Translations under genes and position numbers: made by a program
Notes under the pieces: generated by a model
Seen by the model: the letters and a program-made list of their open reading frames with translations, nothing else
What the model was told of the DNA's origin: nothing
Database searches by the model: none
Part shown: piece by piece, positions 26,651 through 37,450 of the stretch
How the letters are laid out: each line of letters begins with the position of its first letter
Numbering within the stretch: position 1 is the first letter of the stretch
Origin: Girardia tigrina
Lineage: Eukaryota
Direction: 5' to 3'
Length of the DNA stretch: 50,033 nt
Assembly: GCA_001938485.1 (NCBI GenBank)
Contig: MQRK01240488.1
Location: forward strand, 1-50,033

Positions 26651-27229
26651 ACATAATTGTCGTGCCCACTATATCTTTTACCAGAATCAAAACTGTAATA
26701 TTTATTGAACTAAATTAGTCATGTGTTTCTAATTAGAAAAGTTTCCTCTGTTATAATTGACATTCTTCCTCAAGAGCTCAATCTTGAGCAAATAGCTCTG
26801 TTACTGACATATATTTCACCTGGTGCTTATAAATATTTTTATGGTATTCATTTTCCAAACCTGAATTTATTATAATTTCTATCAACTATTGTTGTTGGTT
26901 GGTAATTTAATTTATTTGTCGACTAAAAATTATTTTAATTTCGAAAATTCTTTTGACAATTATATAAATATTGAAATATATAAGAGTTTTCGATCTATAA
27001 TTTTACTCATGTCATCAATATTATGACAGAAGTTATAGGTGACCAGTAGGGAATTCAACGGTAATACCGTTACCGGTAAAGTTTTAAAACTGATTTTAGG
27101 TAACGGTAAATTATCGAAAAATTATAACAAAAATAACTTTGTTAAAAATGTTTTTTCATGAATATAACTTGCAAAATATACTTCTAGAATTTAATATTTT
27201 GAGTTTTGTTATTATTTGAAATTCATGGT

Positions 27230-27935
27230 GATTGTTCATGGTGATCGCTTCATCAACAACATCGTTACACAAGATGAAACCACGGTGAGCTTGTATGTGC
27301 CTGAGAGCAAGCATCAATTTTCTGATTGATGCTTCCCCTGTGAAAAAGCTCCCCGAAAACTTCGAAGCGGCAACTCACACAAGCGAGCAGTAATGCTGAC
27401 TATGTTCTAGGATTCCCATGGCATTATTAAAATTGATTTCCTTGCGAAAAGACTGGCAATGAATAGTGAGTATTATGTTGAATTACTTCGCGTTGTGAGA
27501 AAGTCTAGTAGGCTGCCAAGAGGGATTCTATTGTGGCTCCTTCAAGACAATGTACCCATTCACACTTCGCGAGTAACTTTGACTGCTGTAGATGACTGTG
27601 GCTTTCAGTTGGTTTCCCACCCCCCTATAGCCCTGACCTATCCCCAAGTGATTTTCCGTTGTTTAAATACCTAAAGAAACATTTGAAAGGAGTCCACTTT
27701 CATTCAGTTGATGTCCTCAAGGAGAAAGTCTTTGATATTCTCAATTCTTTGCCTCCCATTTTTTTACAAAAATGCGTTCTCTGAGCTTGTTGCTTGCTGG
27801 CGCAAGTGTGTTGATATACACGGCTCATACATTGAGAAATGATTTACTTTGATGTCATGTACTGATTCTGAAAAAATAAAGTTGATTGGACTTTGCTTTC
27901 TTGTCGAATCTAAGGACTTATGGATCGCGCCATAT
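27230..27935 (+). mobile_element. Mariner (DD34D-type) transposase catalytic-domain remnant
   Basis: IVTQDET...PESK; MNSEYY; LLQDNVPIH; HPP/YSPDLSPSDF across a frameshift; GSYIEK*. Confidence 0.85.
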
Positions 27936-28039
27936 ATTGTAACACTTTTTCCACATATTAGATATTTACATTACAATTGATAATAGTATTGAGTAGCAAT
28001 AGTATAGTTACTTAAGCGTATTGACAAAAATAATTTTAT

Positions 28040-28870
28040 AGTTGGGGGTAGCTACAACATTGGGTATTGTACTAGAAGGGTCGTGTCACAATAAAGGTTG
28101 AGAACCGCTGATATATTCAATCACCTCATAGATATACGTCCGAAAAAAATAAATATCAAAACTTTTCTCTTAAAACTCTACTTTTGAACGTAGTGATAAG
28201 TTTCATATTCAATTTATTCTGGGAAAAAACAATATGGTTCATCGCATTTTCTCCAGGTTAATGAGGTTAAGTTGAGAGAGACAGGCACTGATGTTCATAT
28301 TTAATTGCTACTTATCTTTTGGGTATCGAATTCGCAACTATTAACTTCATCAGGCATGAGATAATTTCCAGTAGTTGATTTATCTTTTGTCCAATCAAAC
28401 CCAAAAATTGACTTCTTACTTGTGAACAATTTTTGGTATTCATTTGAGTGAAACAACTAATAAGGCCCAAATCTGTTGAATTCTTTGAAAAAAATCTAAG
28501 ATTCATAACCAAGAGTATCAAGATTTTCATGAAACTGAGTTTGCTTGTTTCATTGTAGCTACGTTTAAAAAAATCAAACACTTTCAACATTTCGCATCAG
28601 AGTTTGTATGGGATCCATACAGCCAATTTTCATAGTTAAAACTCTCATCCTTTTTTCAACCTGTCACAGGTGACTGATTACAAAAATCTGATGGTCAAAC
28701 TTTTCATCCATCAGTGAGATTTATTATGTCTTTAACTTCATGAAATATTTTTCAACTTAGCTTTTCCCGATTGTTCCTCGCATAATTTTACTCGAGATAG
28801 TGAAATAACTGTACAGTATCCAAAACTTTCTTGAAGTGGATTGAATTAGATTTGACACACTTTTTCAATA
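28040..28870. mobile_element. hAT fragments (a MITE end at about 28110 and a minus-strand transposase remnant)
   Basis: ...AGGTTGAGAACCGCTG hAT-type TIR; degenerate LDP..K and TSVP motifs on the minus strand. Confidence 0.45.
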
Positions 28871-29695
28871 ACTGAAAAATTAAAAGTTTAATAAAGTCTA
28901 AAGGAAATTATATTTTAAATAACTTTTAATTTACTTATGATATCTATATTTCTCTTTTTAACTCATAACCTAATAAAATTATTAAAAACCATGTGGCATA
29001 TTTAATTTTGAAATTTCGACTTTTAATGATAAAAACAAATAAAGGAAATAATCAAATTAAAAAGTAATAGCGGCAAATATCTGGAAGTAAAATAATCCGT
29101 AAATAAATAACACAAAATCAATATCTATATTTACAACATATTAATATTCATATACTAGAACCGTTATGTCGAAAATTAATCGAGTTCAAAAATAATTCAA
29201 AAACAATTAAATATATTTGTTTAAATATTCAACTTTTTGTGTGGTTTGAAAAATAAAGTTTGGAACCGCTTGAATTGTATCAAGTCTAGAATTAATAACG
29301 GCATTTGAATTAAGGGTGAAACGCGTTTGTTTTGGAAATAAATTTTATAATCAAAAATGGCCTTTGTTTACATTATATATAACTATTTTATTTATATATT
29401 TATATACAAGGTTTCTTAAAAATAATTTAACAATTATAAAGAAATAAATTTGTATATAAAAAATAATTGTTAAACCAAGAAAAATTTTTTCTTTGCTCTT
29501 GTTGGTAAATTCGGATAAAAATAACTTAAAATAATAACTTAATTAATAACTTAGCTGAAAATATGATATATTTATTATCATATAATATTTTATGACAAAA
29601 TAGACCATAAATTTCAATCTAAAATAATATCGAAACCGCTGATTTTAACAACCTGTTTGATGATTTCTTATTTTTCTGTTTGAATTTATAAACAG

Positions 29696-29923
29696 AATCC
29701 TGACAAAATCGCAAAGCAAGGATTTGAAATTGTGACCGGTTTATTCAGTGTGGTTAATTCGGAAGAAAATCAAATTTTGGGTCAAACACATAACGGGACG
29801 GAGAAAATAGCAATATTTAATAATAAATCAAATATTTTAATTGGCCAGTGGAGCAAACCCGGAAATGATCCGCTGAGTTTACTCACTGAAATAAGAGGCT
29901 ATATTGACAACCAAGGATTCTGA
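29696..29923 (+). CDS. Profilin exon 3 (C-terminal half)
   Basis: Acceptor AAACAG|AAT; NPDKIAKQGFEIVTGLFSVVNSEENQILGQTHNGTEKIAIFNNKSNILIGQWSKPGNDPLSLLTEIRGYIDNQGF*. The phase-0 join gives the profilin-typical GFE/NPD..G and a C-terminal Y(I/L)..QG(F/Y). Confidence 0.85.
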   Translation, partial: NPDKIAKQGFEIVTGLFSVVNSEENQILGQTHNGTEKIAIFNNKSNILIGQWSKPGNDPLSLLTEIRGYIDNQGF

Positions 29924-30425
29924 ATAGTTTGTTTTAATTTGAAACTTTTTTTAAAAAAAACTTTTTCTTTCCTATTGCCGGGAATTAATAATTTCCTTTT
30001 TCTTTATCTTGAACAAAACAATTTATTTGTTAATTTTAATAATTATTAAAAAAAATTTTCTTTTATTTGATTGTCTTTTTTTGTATGTTTATTCATAAAA
30101 TTGTTGTGATGGACAATTATTTTTATTTATTTTAGAATTTTTTATTTAATGATTTTATCAGAAAATAACAAAAACTCTGTATATATAGTTTTCATCTGTA
30201 AGAAAACAAGTCAATGCTAAAATTTTTGTACAAATCTTTCTTGGTATTAACAAGACTGAAAAGTTCAAGATTTAAATTTAAATAAATTGATTACAGTTGG
30301 TTATATGATTCAGTTTAAATGACCTAATAATAAATCCTAAATTAAATAGTAAATTAAAAATATGGTTTAAGAATATTCCTAATAAATTCCTCTATAAGCA
30401 ATTTAAATAAATATCTATATATAAA

Positions 30426-31900
30426 TTAGAAAACTATCCGCCATATATGACGGCGGCGCTGAATTTTCGACTTTGAAAATTTCTGTTTTAATTTTTAAAT
30501 CGTAATTATTACAATTTATTATTTCGAATTCTGTGTTGATTTAACAGTCAGTCAGTTAAAGAGGCTCCCGGAGCCTTTCGGCAAAGGCGCTGTACAGATA
30601 AAACCATCTCGATGAGGACTATGCAGAGTTATCTCAACTTTACTCGGATTCATTCACTGTTCTTCCACTATTTCGCATTTTGGGGCTATCCATAAATGAC
30701 GTCACGCGATTTTTGCAGATTTTCAACCCCTCCTCGCTATCATCACACTTTGTCATAAAATTCTGTCCCCCTCCAGCGTTACGTCTTTTATCGACTGTCC
30801 CTTTATCAGTGTTAGGAACGACATTGGTCGTATAAATGTCTCCTGTTTCTTCCGACATTCAAATAACGAAAAACATACACCTCGATTAAAATAATTTATT
30901 AAATGACAATTTTTGAATTTTCACACAAATTTTTTTGTTTATTTAAACAACTGTTTTTATTTGAGAATATTTTTAGTATTTCTATTTTTAATCGTTTATT
31001 ATAGATATGGATATAGATATATATATTTAATAACATTAATAATTATTTAAATGTTGAGAATTAAAATATCTTATAAATTATACTTATAAATCTTACAATC
31101 AGCATACATATGATCCTAGTAAAATTTAAGCTTGTTCGACAAACCGTGAATGAGATGATACCGAAATTTTGCAAATTTAACCTAAATTGATTTTTAGAAA
31201 TATAATTAGTAAATAAGTGATGGATATCGTCATTTATCAAATATATTAGTATTTTCATTAAAATTTTGACAAAATTCCTTGTAGGAATCATCAAAATCGT
31301 CATTATTCGAAATCAGTGTTGATTTAACAATTTAACGACTTGTACGGTTGTCAATCGATTTCATCGGCTTCCGGGCGTCTATCGGCAAAGGCGCTGCACC
31401 GACAGAATTGTATTGATGCGGGCTATCCAGATTTATCACGTCCTTAAATGGATTCACTCCGGTTCCTCCGCAATTTTGCATTTTACTTGTTGATATTATT
31501 TTTTAATAACGAAAATTTGTAATTTCTACAAAATTGATTTTCAGCGATAAAAGTTGCAAATAAGTGATAAAAATCGTCATTTATCAAATATATTAGTATT
31601 TTCATAAAAGTTTTATCAAAATTCCTTGTAGGAATTTATTTATTATCATTCAAATCGTCATTATTCGAAATCTGTGTTAATTTAACCATTTAAAAACTTG
31701 TAAGGTTTTCGATTGATTTCATCATCTTCCAGATATCTATCCGTGAAGGTGCTGTACCGAAAAAATTGTATTGATGCGGGTTATCCAGATTTACCACGTC
31801 CGTAAATGGATTCCCTCCGGTTCGTCCGCAATTTCACATTGAAAAGCGTGACTGACAAACAAACAAACAAACCCACTTTTTAGACAAATATTATATATAT
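30426..31900 (-). mobile_element. Non-autonomous Helitron with three diverged internal repeat units
   Basis: Minus-strand 5' end ATATATAATATTTG...(GTTT)n GTCAGTCACGCTTT; 3' end has a CCGCC-n9-GGCGG hairpin 8 nt before CTAA|T (CTRR); related units at about 30523-30680, 31210-31483 and 31560-31840. Confidence 0.7.
30682..30790. mobile_element. MITE end nested in the Helitron
   Basis: GGGGCTATCCATAAATGACGTCACGC terminus, typical of common metazoan MITEs; it interrupts repeat unit 1. Confidence 0.5.
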
Positions 31901-32079
31901 TAAAAATGACCTATTGAGTAGATGTTTAAATAAAGATTATGTAGGAGTTAATTTTTTAAATTTGTTGTTAAATATATTTTGCAGATTAATCACGTCTTTT
32001 TTCACCTACGCAATCTTATTACATGATATAATAGTAAGAGGAAAATGGGCATTCGACATACAATTCCCATCTCACTAAC

Positions 32080-32560
32080 CCAAGTAACCATGGCGACGGT
32101 TACGGTTCACTTAGCAATGGTTACGGTTACCATAGCAATGGTTCCAGTTCACTTGGCAACGCTTCACATGGGTTCATGATACCATAGCAACGGTTTCGAT
32201 CACTTTGGAAACGCTTCTGATTGGCCCTTGGTACCCTAGCAACGGTCGCGATCACCTTAGGAACGGTTCTGATTGGCTCCCGGGTCCATATCAACGGTTC
32301 CCATTTCCTTAGAAACGGTTCCGATCACCTTAACAACGTTTCTGATTGATTCCCGATACCTTGGTAACAGTTCCCATCACTTTGTAATCATCGATAACAC
32401 CTTACAATACCTTGACAACCATCATCTTTACCTTCAAAATCATCGAAAACAACTTAATGACCAATCAAATCACGTTGACAGTCATCTAAAAAGCCTTAGA
32501 AACCATCACCGTTACCTTAAAAATCATCAAAAACATGTAAAAACGATCAAAACTACACAA
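32080..32560. repeat. Degenerate 21/31-bp tandem array with X-box-like and CCAAT motifs
   Basis: Units end ..CC(A/T)TAGCAACGGT; GTAACCATGGCGAC and GTTACCATAGCAAT are present; CTGATTGG is interleaved. Confidence 0.8.
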
Positions 32561-33789
32561 AAAATGTGCTAATTAATACTGCACAGTGCTGAACTGTGCC
32601 GAACTGAGCATATACATGCTGCACATGTGTTAATCAATACTTCACATGTGCTAATCGAAATAACACATTTACAAATGTATAGAGCACTGTGCTAAAAATA
32701 CTACATATGTTCAAGTGTGGACAATCAATAAATTCACAATTGTGCAAAGTGCACATTATTTTTATTGATCCAATATGCAATTAGAATTTTTATATATTTT
32801 TTTGTTTTTAATATAATAGAGTTTAAAGTTTATAGTGGTGTATAACGTCCCAATGGTGAGACAGAATGCCCATTGTGTGTCGAATGTCCATAGTGTAAGA
32901 GGGCGAAGAAAGCGAAATTTAAAAATTCTGTTTGAACACATGTATAGGAACCCATGTTCTAATGTATCACTTGTAGTAAATAGACGCAAGGCGGTACTTT
33001 GTATTTGTATTTAAAATTGTAGATTCTCTAAAGGAAGAAAAAGGCGGGAATTCGAATTGCAGATTCTCTAAATAAACTCCCTTTACGGTATAAAACCCTG
33101 TCAATACGTTTTACACTTTCTAGGCTAGTCCAGGCTTGCCAAAAGCACACCACTTTATTCTTACTCAATGGAAAATGTAAGAAATGTTGAATAATGGGCT
33201 TGATCCATCCAGTTTACCTACTATATCCCAAATATTAGTATATAATCTATTGCAGTCATATATGATTATGGTCAACAAATTAATACTATGGATGTGTATG
33301 AATATACGCGATAAATAGTCTGTTGTGTAATAGAAAGCAATGTAATTGCGAAAACATCCAACTTTTTAGATGACTGTGATGTTTTCCATCATGTATACTA
33401 TTATATGTTATATATTATTGTTAGGGAGTTTTTTTGGTGAACTTTAAATTTTTGGAAATTTTTAAATTGAAAATCATATATATAGTTAAGATAAGTCAAA
33501 ATAATGTTTTACTAATTAAAATAATTTGTTTAATAAAATGAACTATTAAAGAAGTTTTTTGTATGTAAAATTAATTTTTAAAATATTGTAAGTTCTATAA
33601 AAAATGAATATTTTTTAATAGATCGAATGATTAAAGAGTTTACTATATGTAAAAATTAGTTTTAAAAAATAATTTAATTTCTGTAAAATATGAATATTTT
33701 TTAAAAGTTTGAATGATTAAAGATGTTTATTTTTAAGAAAATTAATTTATAATAGAAGTTACAAAAATATGATTAAATAAAAAAAACAG

Positions 33790-34545
33790 ATTGCTTGTTC
33801 AACTTCATCGAATGCTTCGAATCGGCGGCCTTTCAAGAAGTGTTGCATGAATCGGAAGAGGCCATAGTCGGAGGGAGCGCAATCAGGTCTGTAAGCAGGA
33901 TGCGCCAGGATTTCCACTCCATCCAACTCTTGGAACTTCCCTGTCGTATGCTTGGCAGTATGCGGCTTGGCATTTTCTTGCTGAAGCAGTGCACGTTTTC
34001 GGTTGATTAAGACAGGGTACTTCTTGAGCTTCTCGTAGACACGATCCAGCTGTTGACAATAGAGCTCTGCATTGATGGCTTTACCGTTCTGAACCAACTC
34101 AAAGTGTACGACTACCTCAGAGTTCCACCAGGCACACAACATGATTTTCAAGCCAAATTGATCTTGTTTTGGAACTGACGGCGTTGCTTGACCCGGTGGA
34201 ACCCATCGCTTGTCTCGCTTGTGGTTGACAAAGTAGACCCAATTCTCGTCCGACGTTTCGTTTCTAAAAGCGGTCATCTTGTGGATTCTGTAGCAGTGTT
34301 CGGCAAATTTGGACTCTTTTATCAGCCTGTGCTTTGGTGAGTTCATGTGGATCTTGACGCGGTTTCTCGTGCACAAAGTCGAGCTGCTTCAAATGCCAAT
34401 GTATGGTTGACTTGCCATCTCCAAGCCTAAATGCCAAATCGTGAGTGCTTGACGAAGGCTTCGTGTCCAACTCTGCTTGCAAGTCATCGTTATCCAGTTT
34501 TGTTGGTTGACCAGAACGATAACTGTCATTCAAGTCAAAGTTGCC
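33790..34545 (-). mobile_element. Mariner (DD34D-type) transposase pseudogene, 5'-truncated
   Basis: GNFDLNDSYRSGQP, PHELT, TSDENWVYFVN, KIMLCAWWN, LQQENAKPH, HPAYRPDCAPSDYGLF. Confidence 0.92.
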
Positions 34546-34628
34546 ATGGTTACGGGTCTAACCTTCCCCCCCCAGGAAGTATCTAGTGAGATGGGAATTG
34601 TGTGTCGAATGTCAATTTTTATCTTACT

Positions 34629-36215
34629 TATGATTTCCGAGGCGTACAACGAAGATTGACATCCGGAAGAGTTGAATATGGCTTACTGATGATTTTTCAA
34701 GATTTCAAAAATCAAAGAAGCCCAATGAATTATGGTCAAAGGATTTAGATCCAACGAATTAGTCGCAATTTAATAAATCATTGGATGTCAAAATCACAAA
34801 CTATTTTAGTGAAATGCAAATTTAAATTAACTCCTCGTAATCTGTTATCAATATCAGGAGAAAGATTACCTTCAAAAAAGTTGTTCCCAAGTAAGGAAAT
34901 CAATTTGTTATGGTGGTAGAAAAGAAGGGCACGTAGGAAAAAATGTCAAAAATGTGTCAATGAATTAAGAATCCAGTGAGTACAGAATTCCCAAAAGACA
35001 GGACTCCTTAGACAAAAATATTAAAAATCTTTAACAAAATAGATTCATTTGAAGATGTAATTCTCCGTGGAATATACCAATGGTATACGTGGTGAAAGCA
35101 GAAAAGAAATATATAAAATTAAAACTTGATTTGTGAAAACTCAATGAGGTAACACATAGTTTGATATTTCCAATACCTAATATTGAGGATATGTGGGATA
35201 CTTAAAAATGGTTCAAATGATTTTAATACATTTGACTTGGAAAATGCATTTTACTAAGTTAAATTTGACGAAGAATCTCAAGAAAGACAAATTTTTACAA
35301 AATCGGACCTTTTCCGCTTTACACGGTATTGCGGATGTCCCTTGAACTTTTCAAAAATTGATATCTATGTTCTTCGGTGAACTAAATTGGAAGAAAGCCA
35401 TTGTGTATACAAATGATATATAATATTGTCAAAAGATCTTGATGAATACTTTGAATAAACAACATTTGACCCAAAATAAAAGCGGGTGGATTACTAATAA
35501 ATGTAGAAAAATGTCATTTTCTTAAGAAAGACAAAATATTTTGGCCACATAATAAACTCAGAAGCTATCGAAACTGACAAAATTGAAATTGATGCTAATA
35601 TTAACTTTGAAAGATCAAAATGTGGAAGAAATTTAAGAAGCTTCGTATGAGTATGTAACTATTATAAGAATTTTATTCAGGATTACTCAAAATACTCCAA
35701 AACCTTAGAGAACCTATTTGGAAAAGTAAAGAAATGTTAATTTGGACGAATACATATGATACTGTTTTTAAAAAATGAATGCATTGTAGTGGTTACTTAA
35801 ATATGTGTGAGGAAAAATTCTGAATGTTGTAAGTTTGTTGTTTGCATACTGTTTAGATTGGTGACTCTCCTACTCAGATGGGATTGATATGTTATTTATT
35901 AATTATTTAAATCTAATGAGATTTATGTTTAAATACTAATTAATTAAAAGTTTGGTAATTATAAATTTTCATAATATTTTAGTCAACTATTTAACTTATT
36001 AAATTTAATATATTTTAAAAACTAATGTTTATTTTAAAATTTACCTATTGCATTTTAATCCAATTAAATTTCGACACATTAAAAGTTAATAATTATAAAA
36101 TCTCATTCATAAATCAAAGGTTTGAATATAAATACAAAAACATATTCATCAAGAACGACACTTCTCTCAGAAAGTGCTACTGAAAATGATTCTGTTTGTG
36201 TTTTAAATGTGTTCA

Positions 36216-36258
<43 letters not shown>

Positions 36259-37450
36259 CTTAAATACATTAAAATACTTAATATACAATAAAATATTAAT
36301 TATTTATAAAAAAATCAATTTTTCCATAGATATTGGAAAAGCACAAAAAAATATTTACACCTTTATTTCTGTTTAAATAAACACTATAACTTTGATTATT
36401 CTCTTTTTTTTATGAAATAAAAATTATTTTATATTTTATAAACATTAAATCGTGAATTTTCACACGCAGGCTTGCAGACAATATTTTTTCAATCTAAGAC
36501 AGAATTATTTTTTAAAAAATAAATGAAAAACGAGTCATCGACGGTAATCCATCGACCGAGTTCTTTGGATTTTAAGTAAGGCGATCAATTTCCTCTTTTG
36601 CCGAGGACAAAGAGTACTCATCCAAGACCTATGTCAACAACAACAGCGCCACCAACCCTATCGACCGGCAGCGGGTGTCGACCGACTATTATTCTTCGAG
36701 TTATGAGTACCCCACTGTAGCGGACCCTCAAGGGTGTTGTCGGCGGTTGCAATTACGAAAACGACTCGGTTATCTCGCCGAATATGACGGCGTTGTTGGT
36801 GCTAAATGCTACGAACCCCATATACATTGTTTGAAACACATGTTTTTAGCTTATCCAAATTTTAATAAGGACTTTACACTCAAAAAAATGGAAAAATCAA
36901 GCCATAAAGCTTATGCATAATTGGTAGCACCCACGGTCAAAGGGCTACGGTCCAAAAAAACTTATATGGAAAGAAATTCAAGATATGTTGACTACTAAAA
37001 AGCAAATTAAGCCGAAATTTCAAAAATGGATAAATTTTTTAAGCAGTTTGGATATGGGTTTAAAATAAAGGAAAGGAATTAATAAAAAATGCCGATTTCT
37101 TGTCTCGAAGGAAATGTAAAAGCAGTGTACATTTTCAAATGAAAGATGAATAGACCAAACCAAGGAAATTAAAAACAAAAGTTTTGACTCTTATTACAAA
37201 ATCAAAGGGTTAGCAATGACAAAAGAACCTTAAAGAAATTAGTGATGCATATGAAACATTGCATCACTAATTTCTAAAAACAATTTTAAAACCAAAAACT
37301 TTAAACAAAAATAATAAAAGTACTTTAAAAAAATAATAAATTCTCGAGGATAGAAACATACAAGTTACTATATCATGCGGGTACTAAAAAAGTTTATGAT
37401 TACATCAAAACTGATTTAGAAAAGGAAACTAGTAAATCAAAAAATTAAAA
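34629..37450 (+). mobile_element. Old, highly decayed Gypsy element (gag knuckle, RT, RNase H) with later insertions
   Basis: CYGGRKEGHVG knuckle remnant; FPIPNIED; FDLENAF; VYTNDII; LRSFV.VCNYY..FI; LAYPNFNKDFTL; NADFLSR. Confidence 0.7.

Larger units (their letters stand above)
32033..34628. mobile_element. Probable non-autonomous Polinton/Maverick-type element carrying a nested mariner
   Basis: 45-bp TIRs at 32033-32077 and 34584-34628 (40/45 identical), AG...CT termini and a 6-bp TSD TATAAT/TATGAT. Confidence 0.65.

Noticed and set aside
32080-32560. Periodic repeats as a CRISPR array, or ORF 32273-32572 as a gene
   Set aside because: The units are degenerate and contiguous without unique spacers, the context is eukaryotic, and the ORF is a by-product of the 21-bp period.
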